The notes under the pieces: generated by a model
Databases searched by the model: none
Seen by the model: the letters and a program-made list of their open reading frames with translations, nothing else
Told to the model about the DNA's origin: nothing
Made by a program: the position numbers and the translations under genes
DNA from: Alphaproteobacteria bacterium
GTDB lineage: Bacteria > Pseudomonadota > Alphaproteobacteria > Rhizobiales > Hyphomicrobiaceae
Assembly (NCBI GenBank): GCA_019137195.1
Contig: JAGVSR010000072.1
Location: forward strand, 1 to 57,387
Direction: 5' to 3'
Length of the DNA: 57,387 nucleotides
In this document: piece by piece, positions 41,751-51,451 of the stretch
Layout of the letters: the number at the start of each line of letters is the position of its first letter
How positions within the stretch are numbered: the first letter of the stretch is position 1

Positions 41751-42560
41751 CTAACGGCGCTCGATATGCAATTTGTCGCTTTTGCGGAGCCGCGGATCGG
41801 CGAGGTCGATCCAGATCAGGCCTTCTCGCGTCGGCGCGACGGATCGGATCAGCATGTCGTTGATGCCCCGCACCGCATCTGAGAGCGGCGAGGGCAGCAC
41901 CGAGGCCACCGTCTGCGCGGTCCTCGTATCGCCGAGCGCCAGGACGAAGGCCATGGCGAGCACCCCGCTGATCACGAGCCAGATCTTCTCCCGCCGGGTA
42001 CGTGGCCGGCGCCAGACGTCGAGCGCCGCGGCCTTGAGGCTCGCGAGCGACACGTTGCGGACCGCGGCCGAGGCCGACGGCAGACCGGAATTGACCGCCC
42101 GCGCCGCCTGCCGCGACGCCTCCTGCAGACGGTTGATCAACGCCTGCGCGTTGATCGCCGCATCCGATCGTGGCGCCAGATCGAGCGTTGCCTCCGCCGC
42201 CTTCATCTCGCTGCGGATCACCTCGAGCATTGGCAGCGGGTCGATGCCGCCGAGGCGCGTGTAGTCCGAGACGATCCTAATCGTTTCCGGCCACGGCGGC
42301 AGGCGGCGCACGTCACCCGTCTCCAGCGCCTCGACGACACCGACGCTGGTATCGAGCCGGCGAGCCACCTCGGGCATCGACAGCTTGAGGGCGCGCCTGA
42401 GCTCGAGGAACAGCCCGCCGATCACGCCCGCACGTGACAGCGGTGCCTCGGCCTCGAAACCCGCGGCACGGGCAGAGCCGGACGAGCCTCCGGACGCGGA
42501 CGCCGCGCCGGGATCATCCCGTCCTGACCAGTAAGCCGAGCGCCTCATGAGACCGTGCAA
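41751..42560 (-). CDS. Helix-turn-helix (XRE/RodZ-like) membrane-anchored protein
   Basis: HTH segment LRRALKLSMPEVARRLDTSVGVVEALETGD. A transmembrane helix lies near the C-terminal third. Confidence 0.5.
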   Translation of the reverse strand: MHGLMRRSAYWSGRDDPGAASASGGSSGSARAAGFEAEAPLSRAGVIGGLFLELRRALKLSMPEVARRLDTSVGVVEALETGDVRRLPPWPETIRIVSDYTRLGGIDPLPMLEVIRSEMKAAEATLDLAPRSDAAINAQALINRLQEASRQAARAVNSGLPSASAAVRNVSLASLKAAALDVWRRPRTRREKIWLVISGVLAMAFVLALGDTRTAQTVASVLPSPLSDAVRGINDMLIRSVAPTREGLIWIDLADPRLRKSDKLHIERR

Positions 42561-42635
42561 GCTCGCATATCGATACTTGCTCGAATGAAGGCGAAACCCG
42601 TCCGTTTGTCAAAGACACCGGGTAGCCGTGCCCGC

Positions 42636-44933
42636 TCAGATCTCGACCTTCTCCGCACGCGCGAAGCGCTCCAGGTCGCGCCTCAAGTTGCCGCCGCCGG
42701 TCTTGAGAAGCTCATCGAGCCGTAGCATCGCTTTCCGCGCGTCGAGCGAACGGATCATCGCCTTGACCGGACCGACCGAGGCCGGCGCCATCGACAGTGT
42801 CCGGAAGCCGAGCCCGATGAGGGCCATGGCTTCAATCGGGCTTCCTGCCATCTCGCCGCAGAGGGTGTAGGTGACCTTGTGCCTGCGGCACGACTTCGTC
42901 AGCGCCTTCAAGGCTCTGAGAGGCCCGATCGACAGGCTGTCGTAGCGCGAGCCGACGAGGCCGTTGCCGCGGTCCGCGGCAAACAGGAACTGCAGGAGGT
43001 CGTTGGAGCCGACAGAGACGAACTCGACCTTGGGCAGCAGACGATCGAGCTCGTAGAGAATCCCCGGCACCTCGATCATGGCGCCGATCTTGAGCTTCGA
43101 CGGCAGCTTGTGCTTGTGGCGCTTGAGGAACCTCAGCTCCTTGTTGATCAGAGCCCGGACGTCGTCGATCTCCTCGGCGACCGTCACCATCGGCACCATG
43201 AGCGCGAGCTCACGACCAGCCGCCGCCTTGAGCAGGGCCCTGACCTGCATGCGGAAGAACCCCGGCCGGTCGAGCGACATTCGGACCGCGCGCCAGCCGA
43301 TCGCCGGGTTCTCCTCCTTCGCCTGCCGCAGGTACGGCAGCACCTTGTCGCCGCCGATGTCGAGCGTGCGGAACACCACGGGCCGCCCTTTGGCCTCGTC
43401 GAGCACAGCGCGGTAGGTTTGCATCTGCCGTTCTGTCCTCGGCAGCGTGTCCGACAGCATGAATTGCAGCTCGGTGCGGAACAGCCCGACCCCGTCTGCG
43501 CCCGACTCCTCGAGATGCGGCATGTCGACGAGCAGGCCGGCATTGATGTTGAGCGAGATCCGCTGCCCATCCTTCGTAACCGCCGGCAGGTCGCGCAGTG
43601 CTTCGAACTGCTTTTGGCGCCGCGCGCGAAAGCGCACCTTGTCGGAATAGGCATTGACCAGCTCGGGCGACGGCCGCACGTGGACCTCGCCCGCAACCGC
43701 ATCGATGATCGCAGCGTCGCCCGCCGTCACCCGCTCGACGACGCCGACCGCCTGGCCGATGGCGGCAATGCCGAGCGCCTTGGCGACGATCGCCACGTGG
43801 CTTTGCGAGCTGCCGTCCTCGACCACGAGGCCCCTGAGCTTGGTTCGGTCGTAGTCGAGGAGCTCCGCCGGCCCCATGGTGCGCGCGACCAGGATCGTAT
43901 CAGGCGGCAGTTCCGACATGGCTGCGTGCGTGAGGCCAGAGGGGCGTCCGGCGAGGATCCTGAGCAACCGGTCGGATAGATCGTCGAGGTCGCGCTGACG
44001 CTCGCGCCAGAAGGCGTCGCCGTGGCGCAGCATCCGCGAGCGCGTGCCGTTCTGCACCCGCTCGACGGCCGCGTCCGCCGTGAGCCCGCCCTGCACCGCC
44101 TCGTGCAGGCGACGTTCCCAGCCTCGGTCGTGGGCAAACATGCGATAGGTATCGAGCACGTCGCGGTGCTCGCCGGCCCCCTGCATGTGCTCGTGGTCCA
44201 TGAGCTCGTCGAGCGAGACACGAAGCGTCGCCAGCGCCGCGTCTAGACGCGTCATCTCGTGCGCCGGATCCTCGGCCATGAGCTTGGTCACCACGATGCG
44301 GGGCTCGTGGATCACGATGTGCCCGAGCGCGATCCCTTCCGAGATCGGCTGCCCCAGGACCACCGCAGAAAGCGATTTCGACAGCTCGAGCGCGGCACCG
44401 GTGCCCGCGACTGCGCCCGAAACGAGGTTTTCTGCGACGACCACCGCCGTCGCCTGAAGCACCTCGACGTCCTCGTCGGAGTACTCCTTCATCGTGCGGT
44501 TCTGGACGACGAGCACACCCAGGACCTGCCCGCTTCTGTGGATCGGCACCGCCAGCAGCGAGTGGTAGACCTCCTCACCGGTCTCGGGCCGGAACGAGAA
44601 CGCTGGGTGTTTCGGTGCGTCCGGCTCGTTGATGGTGAGGTTGAGCTCGGCCGCCCGCCCGACGAGGCCTTCGCCCCTCTTGAGCCGCGTGTTGTGAACG
44701 GCAGCGGCGTTGAGGCCTTCGGTTGCGAACAGCTCGAGCGATCCGTCCTGCCGCTTGAGGTAGAGCGAGCATACGTCGGTCACCATGACGCCGGCGATGA
44801 GATGCACGATGTGGTCGAGCTTCTCCTGGCCCTCGCCCTCTTCGCCCATGATCTCCCGCAGCCTGCGCATGATGATGCGCAGAGCGGGCTCCGACGGCAT
44901 GACCCGGGGCTCTTCGCCTCGCTTCGTGACCAT
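42636..44933 (-). CDS. ptsP: Phosphoenolpyruvate-protein phosphotransferase PtsP (EI-Ntr, GAF + PEP-utilising domains)
   Basis: N-terminal GAF domain, then the enzyme I core. Conserved ptsP-lysC neighbourhood. Confidence 0.9.
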   Translation of the reverse strand: MVTKRGEEPRVMPSEPALRIIMRRLREIMGEEGEGQEKLDHIVHLIAGVMVTDVCSLYLKRQDGSLELFATEGLNAAAVHNTRLKRGEGLVGRAAELNLTINEPDAPKHPAFSFRPETGEEVYHSLLAVPIHRSGQVLGVLVVQNRTMKEYSDEDVEVLQATAVVVAENLVSGAVAGTGAALELSKSLSAVVLGQPISEGIALGHIVIHEPRIVVTKLMAEDPAHEMTRLDAALATLRVSLDELMDHEHMQGAGEHRDVLDTYRMFAHDRGWERRLHEAVQGGLTADAAVERVQNGTRSRMLRHGDAFWRERQRDLDDLSDRLLRILAGRPSGLTHAAMSELPPDTILVARTMGPAELLDYDRTKLRGLVVEDGSSQSHVAIVAKALGIAAIGQAVGVVERVTAGDAAIIDAVAGEVHVRPSPELVNAYSDKVRFRARRQKQFEALRDLPAVTKDGQRISLNINAGLLVDMPHLEESGADGVGLFRTELQFMLSDTLPRTERQMQTYRAVLDEAKGRPVVFRTLDIGGDKVLPYLRQAKEENPAIGWRAVRMSLDRPGFFRMQVRALLKAAAGRELALMVPMVTVAEEIDDVRALINKELRFLKRHKHKLPSKLKIGAMIEVPGILYELDRLLPKVEFVSVGSNDLLQFLFAADRGNGLVGSRYDSLSIGPLRALKALTKSCRRHKVTYTLCGEMAGSPIEAMALIGLGFRTLSMAPASVGPVKAMIRSLDARKAMLRLDELLKTGGGNLRRDLERFARAEKVEI

Positions 44934-45121
44934 GACCTGTTGCCGTTCGTTCGGGCGGATGTCGGAACAGCGGACCGAACGCGGTCCGGCATCCCGGGAT
45001 CGTTTGCTCTAGTGGCCTCTCTCCTCAGCGGCGAGAGGTCGTGAAAGTGATGCCTCCCCGGGCGCAATCGAGGCCTGTCTGCGGACGCTGGCCAGCCCCC
45101 GACCGCGCACCGCACGAGGTC

Positions 45122-46384
45122 TCAGGTGGCGTCGAGACCGAACAGGGTATGCAGCGTCTTGACGGCAGTCTCGGCATGCGCCGAGTCGATGAGAACGCTG
45201 ATCTTGATCTCGGACGTGGTGATGGCGAGGATGTTGATGCCCTTGTCGGCAAGCGCCTTGAACATCTGCGCCGCCACCCCGGCGTGACTGCGCATGCCGA
45301 TGCCGATCGCAGAGATCTTGGCCACGTCGGCAGAGCTCACGACGTCGAAATAGCCGATGTCCGACTTAGCCTTCTTGATCACCTCAAGCGCGCGCGGCAG
45401 CTCGGCCGCCTGCACGGTGAACGTCATGTTCGCGTGCTGGCCGTCGTTCGACACGTTCTGCACGATCATGTCGACGTTGATCGACGCATCGGCAAGCGGG
45501 CCGAAGATGCGCGCCGCGATGCCCGGCTTGTCGTCGACCTTGAGGATGGTGATCTTCGCCTCATCCTTGGCGTAGGCGATGCCGCTGACGACCTGCTGTT
45601 CCACGATTTCATCCTCGTCGCAAACGATGGTGCCGATGTTCTCGAGATTGTCCATGCGCACGGGCTGCATGGCGTCCGGCGCCACGAAGCTCGACAGCAC
45701 GCGGGTCCTCACCCGATGCACCATGGCGAGCTCGACCGAGCGCGTCTGCAAGACTTTAGATCCGGCCGACGCCATCTCGAGCATCTCCTCGTAGGACACG
45801 CGCGGCAGCCGGCGCGCCTTGGGTACGATGCGCGGGTCTGTGGTGTAGACGCCATCGACGTCGGTGTAGATGTCGCACACGTCGGCATGAAGCGCGACAG
45901 CGACCGCAACCGCACTCGTGTCCGAGCCTCCGCGCCCGAGGGTCGTCACCCGCCCCGTCTTGGGGTCGATGCCCTGGAAGCCGGTAATGACGGCAACCTC
46001 GCCAGCCTCCACGGCGTTCCTGATGTTGGTTTCGGGAATGCCGGTGATGCGCGCCGAGCCGTGCGCCGCCGAGGTCTCGACCGGCACCTGCCAGCCCTGC
46101 CACGAGCGGGCATTGATGCCCATCGACTGCAACACGATGGCTGTAAGGCCTGCGGTCACCTGCTCGCCCGATGCCACCACGGCGTCGTACTCGCGCTTGT
46201 CGTGCAGCTGACTAGCCTCGTTGACCCAGGCCACGAGCTGATTGGTTGCGCCCGACATGGCCGATACCACGACCGCCACCTTGTTGCCGGCATCGACCTC
46301 GCGCTTCACGTGGCGCGCAACGTTCTTGATGCGGTCCACGTTGGCAACGGACGTGCCTCCGAATTTCATGACGACAACGGCCAT
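45122..46384 (-). CDS. lysC: Aspartate kinase
   Basis: MAVVVMKFGGTSVANVDRI... with two C-terminal ACT domains. Confidence 0.95.
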   Translation of the reverse strand: MAVVVMKFGGTSVANVDRIKNVARHVKREVDAGNKVAVVVSAMSGATNQLVAWVNEASQLHDKREYDAVVASGEQVTAGLTAIVLQSMGINARSWQGWQVPVETSAAHGSARITGIPETNIRNAVEAGEVAVITGFQGIDPKTGRVTTLGRGGSDTSAVAVAVALHADVCDIYTDVDGVYTTDPRIVPKARRLPRVSYEEMLEMASAGSKVLQTRSVELAMVHRVRTRVLSSFVAPDAMQPVRMDNLENIGTIVCDEDEIVEQQVVSGIAYAKDEAKITILKVDDKPGIAARIFGPLADASINVDMIVQNVSNDGQHANMTFTVQAAELPRALEVIKKAKSDIGYFDVVSSADVAKISAIGIGMRSHAGVAAQMFKALADKGINILAITTSEIKISVLIDSAHAETAVKTLHTLFGLDAT

Positions 46385-46430
46385 CGCGTCTTGAGCCCCG
46401 GCGCTGATTGGGAAAGTAAGGCGTTGATCA

Positions 46431-46473
46431 CGAAAGACAAAAAGAAACGGGCCGCAACCATTCAGGTTGCAGC
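46431..46473 (-). terminator. Intrinsic-terminator-like hairpin plus U-tract within the lysC 5' leader (candidate attenuator / expression platform)
   Basis: On the minus-strand RNA: GCUGCAACC-UGAAU-GGUUGCGGC (9-bp stem), followed by CCGUUUCUUUUUGUCUUUCG. It ends about 60 nt upstream of the lysC ATG. Confidence 0.5.
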
Positions 46474-46678
46474 TCCCCTCGATGCCGTTCGCTCAGGGGC
46501 CTCTCATACTGCCTCGGGCCGCCCCCCGCAACAGTGCTTTGGGCATAGTGCGTGCTGTGACGGCCCTTGGCGGGAGGCGCCGTCGGACGGCAGTTTGGGT
46601 CGAGCGTAGCGAGAGCCGGTGCCGCCCAATCGCCCACGGCCGCGTCGCTTAAGCTCGACGCGACCGGCGTGTCCCGGC

Positions 46679-48211
46679 TCAGCCCCGGCTCAGCCCCTTG
46701 GACTTGAGCTCGTCGAGGTAGCCCTGCCAGCGGCTGTCCGTCTCACGTCCCAGAACCGCCAGGTAGTCCCACGTGTAGAGCCCCGTGTCGTGACCGTCGT
46801 CGAACACGATCTTGACCGCGTAGTTCCCGACCGGCCTCAGCTCCCGAATCTTGACGTTGCGTTTCTTGGCGACCGTCACCCGCTGCTCGGGCGTGTGCCC
46901 CTGCACCTCGGCCGACGGCGACAGAACGCGCAGCATCTCTGCGGAGAGAGCGTAGCGCTCGCCGTCGCCGAACGTGACCGTCAGGCTGTCCGCTGCCGGT
47001 GAAACATCGAGATTGGGCGCCGGCGCCGCGGCTCCGGCCGCCGCCTGGACCTCGGCCCAGGTCCGGACCGCGAGCTCGCGATAGATCCCGGCGTGCGCAG
47101 ACGCCGGCGCAGTCGCCGTGATCGGCTTGCCCGCATCGGACCGCTCGCGGATGTCCATGTGCAAGGGCACCGCACCGAGGAACGGCACACCGAGCTTGGC
47201 CGCCTCGTTCTCGGCCCCGCCGTGGCCGAAGATGTCGCTACGCTCCCCGCACTTCGGGCACAGGAAGTAGCTCATGTTCTCGATGATGCCGAGCACCGGT
47301 ACGTTGACGCGCTGGAACATCGCGAGCCCCTTGCGGGCGTCGATGAGGGCGAGATCCTGAGGCGTCGACACGATGACGGCGCCCGCCAAAGGTACCTGTT
47401 GTGCCATGGTGAGCTGCACGTCTCCCGTGCCCGGCGGCATATCGATCACGAGCACGTCGAGCTCGCCCCAGTCCACCTCGCGCAGCATCTGGTTCAGGGC
47501 CTGCACGACCATCGGCCCGCGCCAGACCACCGGCGTGCCTTCGTCGACCATGAACCCCATGCTCATGCACTTGAGGCCATAGCCCTCGAGGGGGCGCAGC
47601 TTGTTGTCTGCGGTAACCGTCGGCCGGCCCGAGAGGCCGAGCAGGCGCGGCTGCGACGGACCGTAGACGTCGGCGTCCATAATGCCGGCCTTGAGCCCGA
47701 TCGACTGGAACCCGAGGGCCAGGTTGACAGCCGTCGTCGACTTGCCGACGCCGCCCTTGCCGGACGCGACCGCTATGATGTACCTGACACCCGGTATGTC
47801 TTGCGCCTGCCGCTGCCCCTGGGGCTGGGACGCACCCTGCGCCGGGCGGCCGGCGCCGTCACCGGCCGTGCCACGGGCGCGTGCCTCACGCACACGCGGA
47901 TGCTCGGTGACGTTCGAGGCCGCCTTGCCCGCCGTCGGGTGCGCCTCGCCCGGCCGCGCCTCGGCAGTGAGCACCGCCGTCACGCCTGCCACTCCGGCGA
48001 TCTCCTTCACCACTTTCTCCGCCGCCTGCCGCAGGACCTCGAGCTCTTCGGCCCGCTCCGACGGCACAGTGATCGCGAAATAGACTCGTGCGTCCTTGAT
48101 CAGGATCTCGGAGACGAGCCCCAGGTCGACAATATTGCCCGCCCGATCGGGCCCCTTGATCCGCTTCAGCTGATCGAGCACCTGCGCCTTCGAGACGGCC
48201 ATAGGCTTCAT
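46679..48211 (-). CDS. apbC: Fe-S cluster carrier ATPase Mrp/ApbC (DUF59 + ParA-like NTPase) fused to a C-terminal DUF971 domain
   Basis: P-loop AVASGKGGVGKST and CPKC motif. The C-terminal ~100 aa (LTVTFGDGERYALSAEMLRVLSPSAEV...YAVKIVFDDGHDTGLYTWDYL) are DUF971. Start chosen at MKPMAVSK. Confidence 0.8.
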   Translation of the reverse strand: MKPMAVSKAQVLDQLKRIKGPDRAGNIVDLGLVSEILIKDARVYFAITVPSERAEELEVLRQAAEKVVKEIAGVAGVTAVLTAEARPGEAHPTAGKAASNVTEHPRVREARARGTAGDGAGRPAQGASQPQGQRQAQDIPGVRYIIAVASGKGGVGKSTTAVNLALGFQSIGLKAGIMDADVYGPSQPRLLGLSGRPTVTADNKLRPLEGYGLKCMSMGFMVDEGTPVVWRGPMVVQALNQMLREVDWGELDVLVIDMPPGTGDVQLTMAQQVPLAGAVIVSTPQDLALIDARKGLAMFQRVNVPVLGIIENMSYFLCPKCGERSDIFGHGGAENEAAKLGVPFLGAVPLHMDIRERSDAGKPITATAPASAHAGIYRELAVRTWAEVQAAAGAAAPAPNLDVSPAADSLTVTFGDGERYALSAEMLRVLSPSAEVQGHTPEQRVTVAKKRNVKIRELRPVGNYAVKIVFDDGHDTGLYTWDYLAVLGRETDSRWQGYLDELKSKGLSRG

Positions 48212-48382
48212 CCTGTTTGAGATTGGACCTGCCGGCACCGGTCGTTGGCATGCAACGGTCACCGCACGTGCCTGGATCTTTGCCGGAGTTTGGCAGAGCC
48301 ACGGGTGGAAGTCACGGCCTCGTCGGTCTATACGAAGGAACGAGCCCGCGGACCGAACGCCGCGGCGGGTGGGAGTGTCGCG

Positions 48383-48973
48383 ATGCACGGACTTGTCGCC
48401 TTGAGCCGCCGGATCGACGCTGCGACGTCGTGGATCGGCCGCTCGGTGGCCTGGCTGGTCGTCGTGGCAGCCGTCGTCTCCGCCGGCAACGCCATCGTGC
48501 GCAAGGTGCTCCACATGAGCTCGAACTCCTGGCTCGAGGCCCAGTGGTGGCTGTTCGCCCTCGTGTTCCTGCTCGCCGCCCCGTGGACGCTCTCGCTCAA
48601 CGAGCACATCAGGATCGACGTCGTGAGCAGCCGCTTCTCCCAGCGCACGCGAAGCTGGATCGAGCTCGTCGGCCATCTATTCTTTCTTCTGCCCTCGGCA
48701 GCACTGCTTCTCTATCACTCCTGGCACTACTTTCTGACGTCCTGGGCCCAGAACGAACAGTCGACCAATCCCGGCGGCCTGCCCCAATGGCCGATCAAGG
48801 CCTTGATCCCGGCGGCCTTCGCGCTCCTCCTGCTACAGGGTCTCTCCGAGCTCGTGAAGCGCATCGCCGTCATGCACGGGCTGCTCCCCGAGCCGGCAAC
48901 GCACCACCACCCGATCATCGACGAGATGCAGTCGGGCACCGGAGCCACGTCGTCAGCAGCCTCCTCGCACTGA
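48383..48973 (+). CDS. TRAP-transporter small permease (DctQ-like) with no adjacent DctM or DctP
   Basis: DctQ-like pattern (GRSVAWLVVV...RKVL...W..E....LF....L.A..TL..N.HIRIDVV.SRFSQRTRSWIEL). His-rich C-terminus. Confidence 0.6.
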   Translation: MHGLVALSRRIDAATSWIGRSVAWLVVVAAVVSAGNAIVRKVLHMSSNSWLEAQWWLFALVFLLAAPWTLSLNEHIRIDVVSSRFSQRTRSWIELVGHLFFLLPSAALLLYHSWHYFLTSWAQNEQSTNPGGLPQWPIKALIPAAFALLLLQGLSELVKRIAVMHGLLPEPATHHHPIIDEMQSGTGATSSAASSH

Positions 48974-49009
48974 ATCTCGCTGCCCTGGACGGCATTGATC
49001 TGTGGCGGT

Positions 49010-49912
49010 TCACGCCTCAGCCTGCTCTTCGGTCCGCAGCCGCTCGCGATGCAGCGTATAGAGGCCGGCCGCTACCACGATCACAATGCCCATCGCCGGA
49101 ATCTCGCCCGGTAGCTCGCCCCACAGCACCCAGCCGACGACGATGGCCCACAGGATGGCCGAGTAGCGAAACGGATTGACCGCTGCCAGGTCTCCTGTAC
49201 GCAGACTGCGGATCAGGAACACGTACCCCGCGATGAGGAACAGGCTGCCCGCGAGCACGATGCCGATCTCGCGCCCGCTCGGCCATGCCCATGTCTCGAC
49301 CAGGGCAAGCGAGAAACTGGCCAAGAATACCGACCCGATCGAGGTGAATACGAGCGTCAGCGTCGAGAACGAGAGCCCCACTACGCGTGTCGTGAGATCA
49401 CGCAGGACGCCGAACGCGATGGCGCCGAGCCCGATGACGGACGCCCAGGTGAACGCGCCCGAGCCGGGCTGCATGATGAGCATCGCCCCGACGAACCCGG
49501 CGAGCGCCGCCAGCCACCGCCGCCAGCCGGTCGGCTCGCCAAGGAAAAGGGCACCCGCCGCCGTGAGCGCGAGCGGGGCGATCTGTGCGAGCGCGGTGAG
49601 ATCGGCGATCGGCATGCCGGCCAGCGCGGTGAAGAACAGGAACGTCGAGGCGATCTCGCCCACGATACGCCATCCGAAGGCGTGGCTCGGAATGCGGCGC
49701 GGAAGCCGCAGACCGCCGAAAAGGGCTGCGTACATCAAGAGGTAGAGACATGCGACGCCGTTCCGGAGCACAAGCGCCTCACCGAGCGGCAGCGTCTCGG
49801 TCACGAGCTTCATGCAAGCGTCGTTGAACGTGAACACGGCCTGGGCGACGAGCATGGCGCCGATGCTCTCGAGCGTGGCGCGACGGCTGGTGTCGATCTT
49901 GACGTGCAGCAT
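49010..49912 (-). CDS. DMT-superfamily (EamA-like) transporter
   Basis: About ten transmembrane segments; two EamA repeats. Confidence 0.75.
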   Translation of the reverse strand: MLHVKIDTSRRATLESIGAMLVAQAVFTFNDACMKLVTETLPLGEALVLRNGVACLYLLMYAALFGGLRLPRRIPSHAFGWRIVGEIASTFLFFTALAGMPIADLTALAQIAPLALTAAGALFLGEPTGWRRWLAALAGFVGAMLIMQPGSGAFTWASVIGLGAIAFGVLRDLTTRVVGLSFSTLTLVFTSIGSVFLASFSLALVETWAWPSGREIGIVLAGSLFLIAGYVFLIRSLRTGDLAAVNPFRYSAILWAIVVGWVLWGELPGEIPAMGIVIVVAAGLYTLHRERLRTEEQAEA

Positions 49913-50003
49913 GAAGACCTGAAGGCGGATGAACGGCGCGGCGGGCCGGTCGCTTCTCTGGCACGGGCGCGTCGCGCCGCCAAGATGGCACGGCTAGGCA
50001 CGC

Positions 50004-50804
50004 TCACGGTGCCGGAAACAGGTCGTCGATCCGGCCGGTCAGCCGATATGCCACGAGCCCGATCCATTCGTTGACCGCGGTGTCCGCGCGTATCAGGCCT
50101 GCCGATAGCCGGTCGAACGGACGCTTGAAGTCCGTCTTATCGCGCGTGCGAAAGTCGACCGGATATGCCGAAACGTCGAACCCGGCCTTGCGGAAAAGCC
50201 CGATCGAGCGCGGCATATGGTAGGCACTGGTGACCAGGAGCCACCGATCGCCGGGCCGTGGCTTCAAGACCTCGGAGGCCATGAGCGCGTTCTCGTGCGT
50301 GTTGCGAGAGACTGCCTCGGTCTCGATCCGCTCGGCCGCGATCCCGGCGTCGAGTAGAAAGCGCATCACCGAGCCCGTGGCCTCCTGCCCGCCCCACATG
50401 CTGCCGACGCCACCAGTGAACATGACCTTGGTTCCGGGCAATTCGCGGGCGAGCCGCACGGCCTCGGTGAACCGCTCGGCCGCCTCGTTGAGCGCCAGTT
50501 GCCCGCGCCCCTCCGACACCCAGCCGTCCTCGGCTCCACCGAGGATGATGATGCCTTTGTAGTTGTCGGACGGCTTGGGCCGCGGAAGATGTGCGAACCT
50601 CTCCTCGAGCGGAATGATGACCAGATTCCCGACCGGCAGGACACCGGCGACCACGACCCAGGCGAGGCCGCCCAACGCCAGCCGCCGACCCCATCGCGAG
50701 TCCGGTCGCCGCACGAGCGACCGCACGCCGGCCGCGATGGCAAGTGCCGCAAGGCTCGAAGGCTGGAACAGAAACGTCAGGATCTTCGCAAGCCAATAGA
50801 ACAT
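50004..50804 (-). CDS. YdcF/DUF218 family protein (ElyC/SanA-like)
   Basis: N-terminal transmembrane segment and DUF218 core (IIILGG...SAYHMPRS). Confidence 0.7.
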   Translation of the reverse strand: MFYWLAKILTFLFQPSSLAALAIAAGVRSLVRRPDSRWGRRLALGGLAWVVVAGVLPVGNLVIIPLEERFAHLPRPKPSDNYKGIIILGGAEDGWVSEGRGQLALNEAAERFTEAVRLARELPGTKVMFTGGVGSMWGGQEATGSVMRFLLDAGIAAERIETEAVSRNTHENALMASEVLKPRPGDRWLLVTSAYHMPRSIGLFRKAGFDVSAYPVDFRTRDKTDFKRPFDRLSAGLIRADTAVNEWIGLVAYRLTGRIDDLFPAP

Positions 50805-50864
50805 GATCTCTGATGTCCTGTGCCGCGGCCTGCGCCTATCGCACCCTGCCGAATACGGTCCACC

Positions 50865-51155
50865 TCACGGGCATGGCACCTTAGCCATGAAGCCTTTGTC
50901 GGCATACCCCTCGAGCCCGCCCGGGGTCCGGACCGCGCACCAGTAGCCGCGTAGCGTACACAGCATCTTGCGCTTCTCGAGGATCTCGCCCTTCTTGGCG
51001 GCTCCGATCACCGATGCCGAGCTGTAGGGCCGGTCACGGATGTTGAGCTCATCCGTCGTCACCCTGAAGCAGCCATACTTCGAACCTGCGGCGGCGGGAT
51101 GTGCAAGTGCTGCGGCCATGACGGCCGCAATCGGAGCGATGTGAGCGAGCTTCAT
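50865..51155 (-). CDS. Secreted bacterial SH3-domain protein
   Basis: Signal peptide MKLAHIAPIAAVMAAALAHPAAAG. SH3_3-like motif (LNIRDRPYSSASVIGAAKKGEIL...GYW). Confidence 0.55.
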   Translation of the reverse strand: MKLAHIAPIAAVMAAALAHPAAAGSKYGCFRVTTDELNIRDRPYSSASVIGAAKKGEILEKRKMLCTLRGYWCAVRTPGGLEGYADKGFMAKVPCP

Positions 51156-51451
51156 TGCATTCCTCTCCTTGAACTGGACGTAGACGAGCTTGGCCTGCAA
51201 TCCGGTAGATGGGACGGCATGGCATGGAGAACGGCCGGCATCGTTCGGAAACGACTACACTCCACTTCTAAAAGCGCATTGCAGGCAAAACCGTGGCCTC
51301 GCAGCCGTGCTGCTGCCGGAGCCCCACGCGCGGCAGTCGAGGCCCGCCGCAGCCATCGGCTTGAGGCGGAACGAGCGTGCTGTCCGCCGGCGGGATAGCA
51401 GCCGGGCAAGCGGCAAGAACGGCCATTGAGCCCCGCGCTATCCCCCCTTAA

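Noticed and set aside
46679-48676. 665-aa version of the Mrp ORF with a 155-aa N-terminal extension
   Set aside because: The extension is Arg/His/Asp-rich with no homology. Mrp homology (DUF59) begins at MKPMAVSK.
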